Source of the DNA: a virus
Taxonomy: Duplodnaviria > Caudoviricetes
DNA length: 55,806 nucleotides
Reading direction: 5' to 3' (one strand)
Virus record (IMG/VR): IMGVR_UViG_3300018890_000004
Coordinates: 1 to 55,806 of that record
Shown here: positions 29,255 through 38,668 of the stretch, one piece after another
How the letters are laid out: the number at the start of each line of letters is the position of its first letter
Position numbering within the stretch: position 1 is the first letter of the stretch
Notes under the pieces: generated by a model
The model's input: only the letters and a program-made list of their open reading frames with translations
Told to the model about the DNA's origin: nothing
Databases searched by the model: none
Translations under genes and position numbers: made by a program

Positions 29255-30412
29255 CTAGACAGTTCCTGCAATGGTCTGCGTGATGTTTACAGTTTGGGGT
29301 GGGTTATTGGTGCGTCCCAAATATCCGACTTCAAAAGTAGCAGAGGTCGAATTGATGATATTTGGGGGGAATCCTGAAATTTCAGTTATCCATCCTCGAC
29401 CATCCACCCTATGATTCACTCTAGTGCAGCGATAATAGCCCTCAGAGGCACCATAAGACGCATCAAGCAGAAACATATCACCCGCTAAATAGTCGTGCCT
29501 TCCTAGGGCTTGTAGCCGCATTTCAAAACCTGCATAAAAATCTTGGTACATTTCCCCTGTTGCTCGTTCGGTCGCCGTGTTGATGTTGAAATATGCGTCA
29601 TCAGTTTCTAACTTTTTGGTTTTGTTATTCAACTGACCAGCCATAGCAGGAGTAAGCACAAATTCAGAAATTACTTTGTTTGTTCTATCTGATACATATC
29701 TAGCGCGATACTCTTTATTAAGTGCGTTGTATGTCTGCCTAAAATTTAGGTCAATTATGCGTTCGACGGGTGGCGGTGTGAACTTTACACCCCCCGCATA
29801 TTGAGTATTAACCCTAGTTATGGTAAGCGCTTTACCCGAAACATTGCCAAAATAGCCGTAATTTTTGCAGACATATTTCAACATATCTGCGTATGAGTCA
29901 AATGCAATTACAGAGTCTAGCGTAGTTGCAGTTAAGTAATTTCTCGTAGTCCCCATGTATATAAGAGAACTAGTTATATTTTCTGTTAGGGTTAGACCGA
30001 ACAAATCCCTAAACTCTGTAAGGGCTGCGCGTACAGTTTTATTAGTATAAATTACCTGACGTGACCCATAATTGTAACCTAGCGTTGGGTCTGCCTCAAG
30101 AGCGGATACCATAAAAGTCTGGTTTCCCCCCGCTTCTGAAACGTCCGTAATGTAATCTACGTAGAAGATATTTGATATCAGTTTAAGAGTAGGTGTAGTT
30201 GACCACCAAAGCTCTAGTTTTAACTGGTCTTTGTATTGCCACTTTAAAGAGCGTTTGTATTTAGCATGAAAGACCAATTCAAGCTTAGAAACTGATAAAT
30301 TAGTATCAAACACATCCTCTAAATTTATGCGTATCAAATAGGGGGCTACTGTTGCCGATACGTCAAAACCGTTAATTAGTAGCCTGTATTGTGGCTGATA
30401 AATCGGGGGCAT
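29255..30412 (-). CDS. baseplate hub / late control D-like tail protein
   Basis: P.Y.L.ING.DVS..V.PYL..I...D start and G.Y....V.H.....GW.TEI end. Confidence 0.8.
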   Translation of the reverse strand: MPPIYQPQYRLLINGFDVSATVAPYLIRINLEDVFDTNLSVSKLELVFHAKYKRSLKWQYKDQLKLELWWSTTPTLKLISNIFYVDYITDVSEAGGNQTFMVSALEADPTLGYNYGSRQVIYTNKTVRAALTEFRDLFGLTLTENITSSLIYMGTTRNYLTATTLDSVIAFDSYADMLKYVCKNYGYFGNVSGKALTITRVNTQYAGGVKFTPPPVERIIDLNFRQTYNALNKEYRARYVSDRTNKVISEFVLTPAMAGQLNNKTKKLETDDAYFNINTATERATGEMYQDFYAGFEMRLQALGRHDYLAGDMFLLDASYGASEGYYRCTRVNHRVDGRGWITEISGFPPNIINSTSATFEVGYLGRTNNPPQTVNITQTIAGTV

Positions 30413-30424
30413 AGTAAAGCACCT

Positions 30425-30802
30425 TTATCCAAAATTCTGATTGTTCATCAGTTCTATTTTCATATCGAATCTCAGAACATCACCAATATCATCCAGTTCA
30501 CTAGATGTTATGTCTAACGATGTTAGGTAATAGTTGCCCCATACACGATTTAAAAAAGTAAAAGGTTCCAGTGCTTTTTCTGCCAGTTTGTTAGTCCAAA
30601 GCGTAAACTTTTGGGATGCGTTGTCTCTAATTGTCGTGTTTACAGTAAACCCAATTGCTGATAAATTACCAGGTTGAGTGATTTCTGAAAGTGCTACGGT
30701 TTCAATAGTATTTATTCTGAAATCGCGCTTAAAACCAAAAGATACTATCTCAGAACTGTGTAAAGTAAGTGTGCCATATGTAAGCCTAATTCCTGATGGC
30801 AA
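30425..30802 (-). CDS. P2 gpU-like tail protein
   Basis: R.WGNYYLTSLDI....D..G......MKIEL, between tape measure and gpD. Confidence 0.7.
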   Translation of the reverse strand: MPSGIRLTYGTLTLHSSEIVSFGFKRDFRINTIETVALSEITQPGNLSAIGFTVNTTIRDNASQKFTLWTNKLAEKALEPFTFLNRVWGNYYLTSLDITSSELDDIGDVLRFDMKIELMNNQNFG

Positions 30803-30810
30803 AGTACCCC

Positions 30811-33036
30811 CTAGTATGAGTTTCTGTTAATGCGTTGTGATGCTTGGCTGATAAGGTCGAGAAGTTGACGTTCGCGCTGTCTAAGAGCTTTTACAATAGC
30901 ATCGGCATCTGATGCACTGCCTGTTACATTAAAAGTGATTGTTACTGCTCCACCACCTCCAGAAGCGGGGGTACCTGTTGCGAATGACGGACGTATCCCA
31001 CCCCCGCTTACAGGTTGCAAATATCCCCCCAAATATGAGCCTATACCAGACGCTTGTATACCTTGCATCAGAGTACGACCAAAAGCAATTCCAGAGGCTG
31101 TTAACTGGCTAAGCGCACCCTTTTGCGCGTCGCTATGTGGTAGGTATTGCCCAATCTGGGATGTCATGTTGCTTACTGCTGAGGTTGCGTTTGCAATGTT
31201 GCTTTTAACACCATTGGCAAAACCTGATACAAACGATGCGCCAGAGTTGTAAGCGTTAGAGGCTATTGTAGACACGCTTGTTGATAGCCACGCCATAAAC
31301 TCAGATACAACAGCTTTTGCTTGGCTTATAGCTGACGCTGCGTTAGTTTTCAGATTGTTTAGCATTCGACCGTATGCCGCATCCATATTTCTAAGTGATG
31401 TCTGCGCTGAAGCATCCCAAGCGTTTAGTGACGTGCGCATATTTTGAAGCGCTGTAAAATAGCTACGGTCTAAGTTTGTCAACGCCACTTTTGCAGATGC
31501 ATCAAACTTGTTTAAACTTGTTCCCCATGATGTAAACAAATCAGCAAAAAACGCTTTTAACGGTTTCCAATTAAGTACCACAGCAGCCGCCAAGGCTGAA
31601 AAGACAGTAACTGCAACTATCACAGGACTTATAGCAGCAGCAGCCGTTATAAAAGCTCCAAATGCTGCTGTGGCAGCAGTACCAATTGCTGGAAGTATAA
31701 ATGATGATAATGATAGCATTCCAGGTATAAAACCAGCAGTTAAGAAGGTAGTAAATCCTCCTATAGCTACCGAAGCAGCCCCTATAGATGTTACCAAACC
31801 TGCAATGCCTGATACTACCATTCCTATAGGAGCAATAACGGCAGTTATTCCCAAAAGCGTGGCAATTACTGATGCTAATCCTGGATTTTTTTGTATCAAT
31901 ACAGCGACGTTTTGAATCAACGGCAGCGCTGCTTGATTTAGTTGTAGAAGCGGGGGCAAGACTGCCAGACCTAAAGCTTTTCCTAACTCAAACATCTGGT
32001 TTTTGAACGTGTTCATTTGACCTTCTAAAGACGATTTAGAAAGCTGGTCAAACTCTCGGTTAACTTTGGCTAGGTTGCCTGCCGTGTCTCCTGCTGCCTT
32101 GAGGTTTTTTGCTAGGTTGTCAGTTTGGTTAACCAGCAGCATTGCCTCATCAACCCATTCACGCCCAAATATACGCCCTAAAATTTCACGTTGAGAAACT
32201 GTGTCTAGCTGCTTTACTCTATCGATGAATTTTATCATTGTACCGTTAGCATCTTTGTCAAATGCTACGGATAAATCCTTAACACTAAATCCCAATTTTT
32301 CAATAGCTGTTTGTGATTTTTCAGTAAGGTTTGTACCAGCCCCCAACGCACCTATAAACATTGACATAAATCTTGCGGCTGATTCAGGCTGTTTACCAGC
32401 AGAAACCAGCGTAGCACCCCATGCAGCCACCTCTTGGGCAGATAATTTCGAGTTTTTACCAATTGCCGCCATGCGGTTAGTAAAGTTCAATATCTGCACT
32501 GAAGTTGCTGCTGTTGTGTCGTCTAATTTGTTGACAGCAGCCCCAAAGACACCGACATCTTTGGAAGTGAACCCGAAGACAGTTCCAATCTTTGCTACGT
32601 TGGTAGCCATTTCTTCAACGTTTTTAAGCTGGTCAGTTGCCACCCCCATTTTGACCAGTGATTCTGTATAAGCCAATACATCATTTTTAGCTATACCCAG
32701 CTTTCCTACGCTGGTTGCAAGCCTCAAAATCTCTGCTGAAGACTGCTGATAATTAAGCTTTTTCGCCAGCCCCTCAGCTTCTACACCAAAATCTTTAAGC
32801 TCTTTACCAGTGATGTCAAGACCCCGCGCTGTGGTGTCCAGTGATTTTTGCCACTCTGCTGCAAACTTTCCCGATGCTGCCAGCGCACCCCCTGCCGCAA
32901 TTGATAAAGGGGTGAAGCCTGACGTTATCTTGCTCACCCCTGATTCAAAGCCTCTAAGTTTTCCCACGGCTGAATCAATCCCTGTGGAAAATTGGTCATT
33001 CAGCCGCAATAAAATGTCAATTACAGAATCAGCCAT
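30811..33036 (-). CDS. tail tape measure protein
   Basis: 741 aa, Ala/Gly-rich. TP901-type core (N.L.D..AAT...I..F..R), YLPHSDA..G.LS motif. Confidence 0.92.
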   Translation of the reverse strand: MADSVIDILLRLNDQFSTGIDSAVGKLRGFESGVSKITSGFTPLSIAAGGALAASGKFAAEWQKSLDTTARGLDITGKELKDFGVEAEGLAKKLNYQQSSAEILRLATSVGKLGIAKNDVLAYTESLVKMGVATDQLKNVEEMATNVAKIGTVFGFTSKDVGVFGAAVNKLDDTTAATSVQILNFTNRMAAIGKNSKLSAQEVAAWGATLVSAGKQPESAARFMSMFIGALGAGTNLTEKSQTAIEKLGFSVKDLSVAFDKDANGTMIKFIDRVKQLDTVSQREILGRIFGREWVDEAMLLVNQTDNLAKNLKAAGDTAGNLAKVNREFDQLSKSSLEGQMNTFKNQMFELGKALGLAVLPPLLQLNQAALPLIQNVAVLIQKNPGLASVIATLLGITAVIAPIGMVVSGIAGLVTSIGAASVAIGGFTTFLTAGFIPGMLSLSSFILPAIGTAATAAFGAFITAAAAISPVIVAVTVFSALAAAVVLNWKPLKAFFADLFTSWGTSLNKFDASAKVALTNLDRSYFTALQNMRTSLNAWDASAQTSLRNMDAAYGRMLNNLKTNAASAISQAKAVVSEFMAWLSTSVSTIASNAYNSGASFVSGFANGVKSNIANATSAVSNMTSQIGQYLPHSDAQKGALSQLTASGIAFGRTLMQGIQASGIGSYLGGYLQPVSGGGIRPSFATGTPASGGGGAVTITFNVTGSASDADAIVKALRQRERQLLDLISQASQRINRNSY

Positions 33037-33101
33037 TATCCCCCCGCTTCTGATTTTCTTTTACTAGTTTTATGGCTTCATCAAACCAAACTAACCATGT
33101 T

Positions 33102-33635
33102 TCAGCGTGTAGTTTCTTGGGGGCTTTGAGTCCAAACGTCATCAATATCAAACTCGTTTTGAGTGTTGGAAAGCCCTTCAAGAAAAAAGTTGATTTTGTT
33201 CACCAAGTAGCTAGCAATGTAGTATGGTTTGGCTTCCAATTCTTCAAGGCTGACATCATAAAACTTAGTTATGCAGTACTTCAAAAGCGCTACGGTGTCC
33301 CCCCGCTTCTGTTGTTGGTAAGCTTGCATTTCAGTTACAAAATCTCTGGATAATTTCTTCTTAGGAATTACATAATCTTTAACTCTAATTTCAATGTTAT
33401 TTTCTTGGATGTAAGCGGGGGTTTCACTTGCAAAAACTCTAGAAGTTAATGTTAAATATGCTCTGTCTGTTAGTTGGCTGATTTTGGTCACATCTAGTGA
33501 TTGATTGTCAATATATACAAACTCTTCTAAAGCCCAGTTGTTAGCCTCTTTTGTGGATATCATGGCTCTTACCATGTATTCAAATAAATGTTTTCCTGTG
33601 CGCTCTTTGATAACTACTCTGCTCACTACGGTCAA
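33102..33635 (-). CDS. tail assembly chaperone (with probable frameshifted extension to 33029)
   Basis: Immediately upstream of tape measure, AAGGAG SD. Slippery CTTTTTTC opens an alternative frame. Confidence 0.65.
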   Translation of the reverse strand: MTVVSRVVIKERTGKHLFEYMVRAMISTKEANNWALEEFVYIDNQSLDVTKISQLTDRAYLTLTSRVFASETPAYIQENNIEIRVKDYVIPKKKLSRDFVTEMQAYQQQKRGDTVALLKYCITKFYDVSLEELEAKPYYIASYLVNKINFFLEGLSNTQNEFDIDDVWTQSPQETTR

Positions 33636-33756
33636 GCTCCTTTACTAAAATTAAAAAATTGACTGTTGATTGTCTATTTTTGATAGATATCTAGATAATT
33701 GTCAGCAGACAATTTATGATTGAAACATAAATATAATACAACATAATATCAATCAT

Positions 33757-34320
33757 ATGTTAACGGAAGAGCAACAGCGCTTTTTATTGAGGTACATAAA
33801 TAATAAAGGTGACTTCTATAAAACTGTTGATTCTATGGGTTTAGATTTGGCTCATGTGGTCAACTGGCAGCAAGTTAATGCTGAATTTGAAGCAGCTTTT
33901 AGAAGTACTAAAAAAGATGTTATAGACCATTTAAAACAAGAAAATTATATGTGTGCGTTGCTCAAAGTAAACAACGCGCTTATCAACGGAATATCTCAGC
34001 ATACTGTGCAGCAAAAACATAAAATTGGCGGTGATGGAGAAAGTGAGTTTGAAGTCACCAGAACCACCAAAGAGTTAGGTGTACCGTCTTGGGCTATTCG
34101 TGAAGCACTTCAAGAAAATAGTATTGTTAAGGCTGTTCAGGTGTTAGCTAATGAAGGGGTATTGCCAGCCCCAATTGCTCGTAGAATCCTGCAATCAGCT
34201 AACAAGATATCTCATGAAGTCATGCAGTCATTTGACATATCTCCTGATAGCGATTTTATTAACGATAAGAAGGCTATAGCGTTAATTAAGGCTGCTGTTT
34301 TAGGGGCTAATGAAGAATGA
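33757..34320 (+). CDS. terS: terminase small subunit
   Basis: N-terminal HTH-like LTEEQQRFL...V..W......F..AF. ATGA overlap with the large subunit. Confidence 0.75.
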   Translation: MLTEEQQRFLLRYINNKGDFYKTVDSMGLDLAHVVNWQQVNAEFEAAFRSTKKDVIDHLKQENYMCALLKVNNALINGISQHTVQQKHKIGGDGESEFEVTRTTKELGVPSWAIREALQENSIVKAVQVLANEGVLPAPIARRILQSANKISHEVMQSFDISPDSDFINDKKAIALIKAAVLGANEE

Positions 34321-35723
34321 GTTTAAAAGCACTTAGAACAAGCTGCGAAGAGGTTGTAAACGCGCATTTACAATCTAAATCTGAAGTGAATATTGATACG
34401 GTTAATGAAAATTTTTGGCAAGGTATGCCGATATTTTGTCCGTATCAAACAAACCTTGTATCTGACGAATCTCCTGTTGGGGTTGTTGAGAAAGGGCGGC
34501 AAATTGGAGCATCATATACATATGCGTTTAGGGCTGCTTTCAGAGCCACTGCAAATATACGTGATTCAATCGTAACCAGTTATAACAAAGTAGCCGTCAA
34601 GCAGTTTATAAAAGACGCTGCGACATGGTCACGCATACTTAACAATATTTTTGAAATTATTTCTTATCAGGAAATTGTAAATGAACGCGACCTTAACATA
34701 TTTGAAATACGCTTTCTAAACGGTCGAACTATCACGGGTTTGGCTGGCGATGCTGTTAACTTGCGTTCGTATTCTGGGCGTGATATTTACGTTGATGAGG
34801 CGGCATATCGTGAGGAAAGCCTAGAGGATATTTTAGCTGCGGGTTTGGCTGCCATCATTCATGGCGGCACCATTAGAATTTTATCCACCCATGCAGGCAT
34901 AGACAGCGATTTCAACCAGCTTATTTTAAAGATTAAAGCGGGGGAACTGCCTTATACACATCATAAGGTCACTTTTCGTGATGCGGTCGCCCAAGGGCTG
35001 TTTAAACGTATATGTGCAAAGAAGAAAGAAATATGGACACCTGAAAAAGAGCAAGTCTGGATTGATGAAATTTACAAACTTTATGGTATCCGTGCATCTG
35101 AAGAGTTGGACGCTGAACCGTCAGATTATGGCGAAATAGGCAAAATATTTAATAATTTCAAATATGCCCGTGTAAGTGACTACAATCCATGGGAGGTTGT
35201 TAGGTTTCGATATCACGACCTTGCAGCATCAGACGATAAAGAAGAGTTAGATACATCTGCTTGCTATTCTGCATCTGTTAGGGTTGCTTATATTGTACCT
35301 ACTGGTAAGATGATTATTGATGACTGGAGTGCTGAGAAATTAGCACCTCTAGAAGGGGATAAAATGATTGTTGATTTAGCCCTATCTGATGGAGCAAACG
35401 CTATACAAATAATTGAGGAGGAACCTGGAAGCACAGGTATTAAATATGTGGCAATCATGCAAGAAAGGTTGATACGTGACGGTATTTTTCAAGTGTTCGG
35501 ATATAAGCCCCAATTGCAAAAAGTAAAACGCGCAATTCCAGCAGGTAACGCCATTGCATCGGGTGAAATGTTAATTGATGAAAACTTGAAAAATTCTAAA
35601 GAATTCACTAATTATCTTAAAAAGTTTAGCAATAAGAAAAAGCCTCTTATCACAGATTTGGGCGATTGTGTAAGCGGTTGCTATGACTATATTAAAAACG
35701 AATATAACTGGATGTTAGGATAA
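34317..35723 (+). CDS. terL: terminase large subunit
   Basis: PYQ, EKGRQIGAS (Walker A), IYVDEAA (Walker B), ILST, nuclease DLAAS...EEEPGS.G...DLGD. Confidence 0.93.
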   Translation: MSLKALRTSCEEVVNAHLQSKSEVNIDTVNENFWQGMPIFCPYQTNLVSDESPVGVVEKGRQIGASYTYAFRAAFRATANIRDSIVTSYNKVAVKQFIKDAATWSRILNNIFEIISYQEIVNERDLNIFEIRFLNGRTITGLAGDAVNLRSYSGRDIYVDEAAYREESLEDILAAGLAAIIHGGTIRILSTHAGIDSDFNQLILKIKAGELPYTHHKVTFRDAVAQGLFKRICAKKKEIWTPEKEQVWIDEIYKLYGIRASEELDAEPSDYGEIGKIFNNFKYARVSDYNPWEVVRFRYHDLAASDDKEELDTSACYSASVRVAYIVPTGKMIIDDWSAEKLAPLEGDKMIVDLALSDGANAIQIIEEEPGSTGIKYVAIMQERLIRDGIFQVFGYKPQLQKVKRAIPAGNAIASGEMLIDENLKNSKEFTNYLKKFSNKKKPLITDLGDCVSGCYDYIKNEYNWMLG

Positions 35724-35735
35724 AGCTGCTTTACT

Positions 35736-36071
35736 ATGGCACCGATTCAACTAGATTTAATTAATGAAGCTTGCATAAATATTGGCGAAACATACAGCAT
35801 GGGTGTACAGCTTTACAACGCTGACGACTTGACAAATTATACGGGTTTTTGTCAGGTTAAACAGTCCCCCGCTTCTACTGATGTTGTGCTTACCCCAACA
35901 ATAGTAGTGTTATCAAAAGATACTTTTAGCATCAACGTTGGGTTTGATGATTATCCCCCCGCGCTGGTACCTGGTAGCTATCAATATGATGTTCTGTTTA
36001 CATCAACCCTAAAAAGATTCTATGCAATTTGTGGAAAGGTGCAAATTCTCAAACGGATAACATCTATATGA
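35736..36071 (+). CDS. putative virion structural protein (Ig-like)
   Basis: DLTNYT..CQV...G.YQYDV......GKV.I...IT pattern common in tail/baseplate proteins. Confidence 0.6.
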   Translation: MAPIQLDLINEACINIGETYSMGVQLYNADDLTNYTGFCQVKQSPASTDVVLTPTIVVLSKDTFSINVGFDDYPPALVPGSYQYDVLFTSTLKRFYAICGKVQILKRITSI

Positions 36072-36535
36072 TGGATGCAGAGTTAATTAACATAAAGCTC
36101 AATGGTAAACTACTCACAAAAAACAGTAAAGCAGCTTTATTAAGAGAGGAAAAGTCAGCAGAGCTTTTAAAAATTCTGGTTATTGATGGAAGCGGGGGCG
36201 ATACTAAGCCAACAGTTTTAAACTGGATTACCTTGTCTTTATCATCAGTTTTGATATCAAATGTAGGATACGTTTTAAAGAACGATTTAGAGCGAATTAT
36301 CATCACACTGCCACTGGGAAAACAGGGTGATAGGTTATTGATTTATAACAAGGCTATAGGCGGTTTTAGGCTTGAGCAACGTGCAAACCAGCAGATAAGA
36401 TTAGGTAATAAATTAACAACTATAGGTGTACAAGGTGCTGTTATTTCTTATGAATCTGGCGATTTTTTAGAGTTCACATATCTAGATGGTATGTGGGTTT
36501 GTATGGATATGTTCGGTAATTTAGAGGTGTTATAA
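36068..36535 (+). CDS. putative tail fiber-associated protein
   Basis: ITLP....GD......GGFRL.Q...QQI..G motif, paralogous to the C-terminus of the next gene. Confidence 0.6.
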   Translation: MMDAELINIKLNGKLLTKNSKAALLREEKSAELLKILVIDGSGGDTKPTVLNWITLSLSSVLISNVGYVLKNDLERIIITLPLGKQGDRLLIYNKAIGGFRLEQRANQQIRLGNKLTTIGVQGAVISYESGDFLEFTYLDGMWVCMDMFGNLEVL

Positions 36536-37626
36536 TGCCCTTTCAAAATAGTTTCAATAATGTTATTACTACTGGTTTAAAAGTTTTTTTAGGTGGCGAC
36601 GCTGTAGGCGATATTTACTACAGAGATGCGTCTGGTAATTTTGTCAGATTACCCTTGGGTACACCTGGACAGGCTTTGATAGCTGGTGCATCAATTCCCG
36701 TATATGGAAATCCTATACCAGGGGGTAATGCGGGGGGAGATTTTACAGGGACATATCCTAACCCAACAATTGCTGCAAATGCCGTTACATTTCCCAAAAT
36801 ACAAAACATCAACTCAGGTTTAATACTGGGTCGTTCTGCGGCTGGAGCAGGCAACATAGAGGCTCTATCGGCTGCACAGATAAGAACAATTCTAGCGTTA
36901 GGTACTGCTGCACTAGTCAGCACTGGAAACGGTGTAGGTAACGTTCCTCTGATAGAAGCGGGGGGGACTTTGAACCCTGCTATCATGCCCCCTATAACGT
37001 TAACCAGTATTCAAATAGTGGCTAACGCTGCTGCAAGGCTGGCACTAACGAACGTTCAACCGGGGGACAGTGCCAAGCAGACAGACAACGGTATTACTTA
37101 CTTACTGGCAGCCACCCCCGCTTCTACTGACGCTAACTGGGTACCCATCGGTGATACAACCATTGATGCAGGTGATATTGTATCTGGTATTATTTCACCC
37201 GTTCGTCTAGGTAGTGGCACGCCGTCGTCAGCCAACTATTTAAGAGGTGATGGAACTTGGCAACCTACCCCTGCATCGGGTGCTATGCCGTGGATAGAAG
37301 TTACAGGCACAGCATCAGCAATGACAGCAGGTAGCGGTTACATAACTAACAATACATCTCTAGTCACTCTCACACTTCCAACGGCTGCCGCTCAAGGTAG
37401 CTTATTAAGGGTTGTAGGGCTTGGTACAGGAGGATGGAGAATCGCTCAAAATACTGGGCAACAAATACACTATTTAGGACAATCTACAACAGTAGGTGAG
37501 ACAGGACGAATTGACGCAGAATTAACACAAACTAGTAGCTCTAAAGCCTGTATGACAATGGTTTGCGTTGTTCCTAATACTACATGGGTAGTTAACGCTT
37601 CTGTAGGTACTGTAAACATAGTGTAA
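36535..37626 (+). CDS. tail fiber protein
   Basis: Gly/Ala/Thr-rich, GGDFTGTYPNPTI and RLGSGT....YLRGDGTW fiber motifs. Confidence 0.8.
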   Translation: MPFQNSFNNVITTGLKVFLGGDAVGDIYYRDASGNFVRLPLGTPGQALIAGASIPVYGNPIPGGNAGGDFTGTYPNPTIAANAVTFPKIQNINSGLILGRSAAGAGNIEALSAAQIRTILALGTAALVSTGNGVGNVPLIEAGGTLNPAIMPPITLTSIQIVANAAARLALTNVQPGDSAKQTDNGITYLLAATPASTDANWVPIGDTTIDAGDIVSGIISPVRLGSGTPSSANYLRGDGTWQPTPASGAMPWIEVTGTASAMTAGSGYITNNTSLVTLTLPTAAAQGSLLRVVGLGTGGWRIAQNTGQQIHYLGQSTTVGETGRIDAELTQTSSSKACMTMVCVVPNTTWVVNASVGTVNIV

Positions 37627-37628
37627 TT

Positions 37629-38315
37629 ATGCCATTACAACAGCCTGACGGATTTAGACCGGATGGGAATTTAAAAGCAGTTAGTGATAATAGATACATA
37701 TCATACGGCACAACAGAACCCATAATAAAAAGTGCTGGAGATTTATGGTTTGAGGCAGGGGCTGTATTTCCTCAACCTTGGGAATGGAACGCAGCAGAGC
37801 AAACATGGCTAAGTAGTCCTTTCGTCCTTGATTGGGGTTATACATCCTTTACACTCAACTCTCAAACATCAGAATCATGGACAAATAGAACGGCACCTTT
37901 TTATGGTGTCACCGCCAACAGAATACGCCTAGATGCAGTCTTTGGAACTATTTTCAACGTTGGTACGGCTGCACACACGTTAAGTACAGCATCGACATCA
38001 CTTTTTGCAGATATAACTCTAGATAGGTTTTTAGGTAGCGCCACAATGACGCGTACTGTTGTTGTTACACCTGATACTCAGGGTATGGCTGCTGCCACAT
38101 ATTCAACACAAGCATCACCTGAAAGTAATAGTAGTGTTCCTAACGCTGCATCTCTAAAAAGAATCACAATGACAAATTTAAATCTTTGGCTACCGGGTAA
38201 TACATGGTTTCAGAGAATGATTGTACGCCGTAGGGGAAGTAGTACAGTAACTTCAGGTGTCAGTATTGCCGTGGCTCTAATACAAATACTTAGATTTTCT
38301 AGAGGTGTAGCGTGA
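37629..38315 (+). CDS. putative tail fiber/receptor-binding protein
   Basis: GT.EP....AGDLWF...W.WN....WLS motif, follows the fiber gene. Confidence 0.6.
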   Translation: MPLQQPDGFRPDGNLKAVSDNRYISYGTTEPIIKSAGDLWFEAGAVFPQPWEWNAAEQTWLSSPFVLDWGYTSFTLNSQTSESWTNRTAPFYGVTANRIRLDAVFGTIFNVGTAAHTLSTASTSLFADITLDRFLGSATMTRTVVVTPDTQGMAAATYSTQASPESNSSVPNAASLKRITMTNLNLWLPGNTWFQRMIVRRRGSSTVTSGVSIAVALIQILRFSRGVA

Positions 38316-38668
38316 TTAACATTGATTATGATACGGCTGCCGCTTTAGTAAAGCAGCTTTATCCGACTGCAAAAGACCCAATGCTAAATATTGAATTAGA
38401 GTTGACAAGGGGGCAAAGAAATTATCGCCCCTACATTGTAGCTGCAAAATTTATGTTAACTGAGTACAGGCGAATTGTAAAGGCTGAGGAGGTGACTTTT
38501 GAATATGACTTAGTAAGCACAATTAGAGGACTTTTGAACAGACAAAAAGAGTTGGATGAACAGGACACTATACCAGAGTCTCAGACCGTAGATGCGGCAC
38601 TTTTAGAACTATGTCAAGTGTGCGGTTCAGACAGCAGTGTTGTACCTTTGGGAGTTATTTTAATATGA
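38312..38668 (+). CDS. putative head-tail adaptor
   Basis: Helical 118-aa protein (YRPYIVAAK...I.KAEEV.F) next to the portal. Confidence 0.5.
   Translation: MINIDYDTAAALVKQLYPTAKDPMLNIELELTRGQRNYRPYIVAAKFMLTEYRRIVKAEEVTFEYDLVSTIRGLLNRQKELDEQDTIPESQTVDAALLELCQVCGSDSSVVPLGVILI

Noticed and set aside
30935-33067. Plus-strand ORFs antisense to the tape measure, and similar shadow ORFs elsewhere
   Set aside because: They are antisense shadows of well-supported genes, with no SD or motifs.
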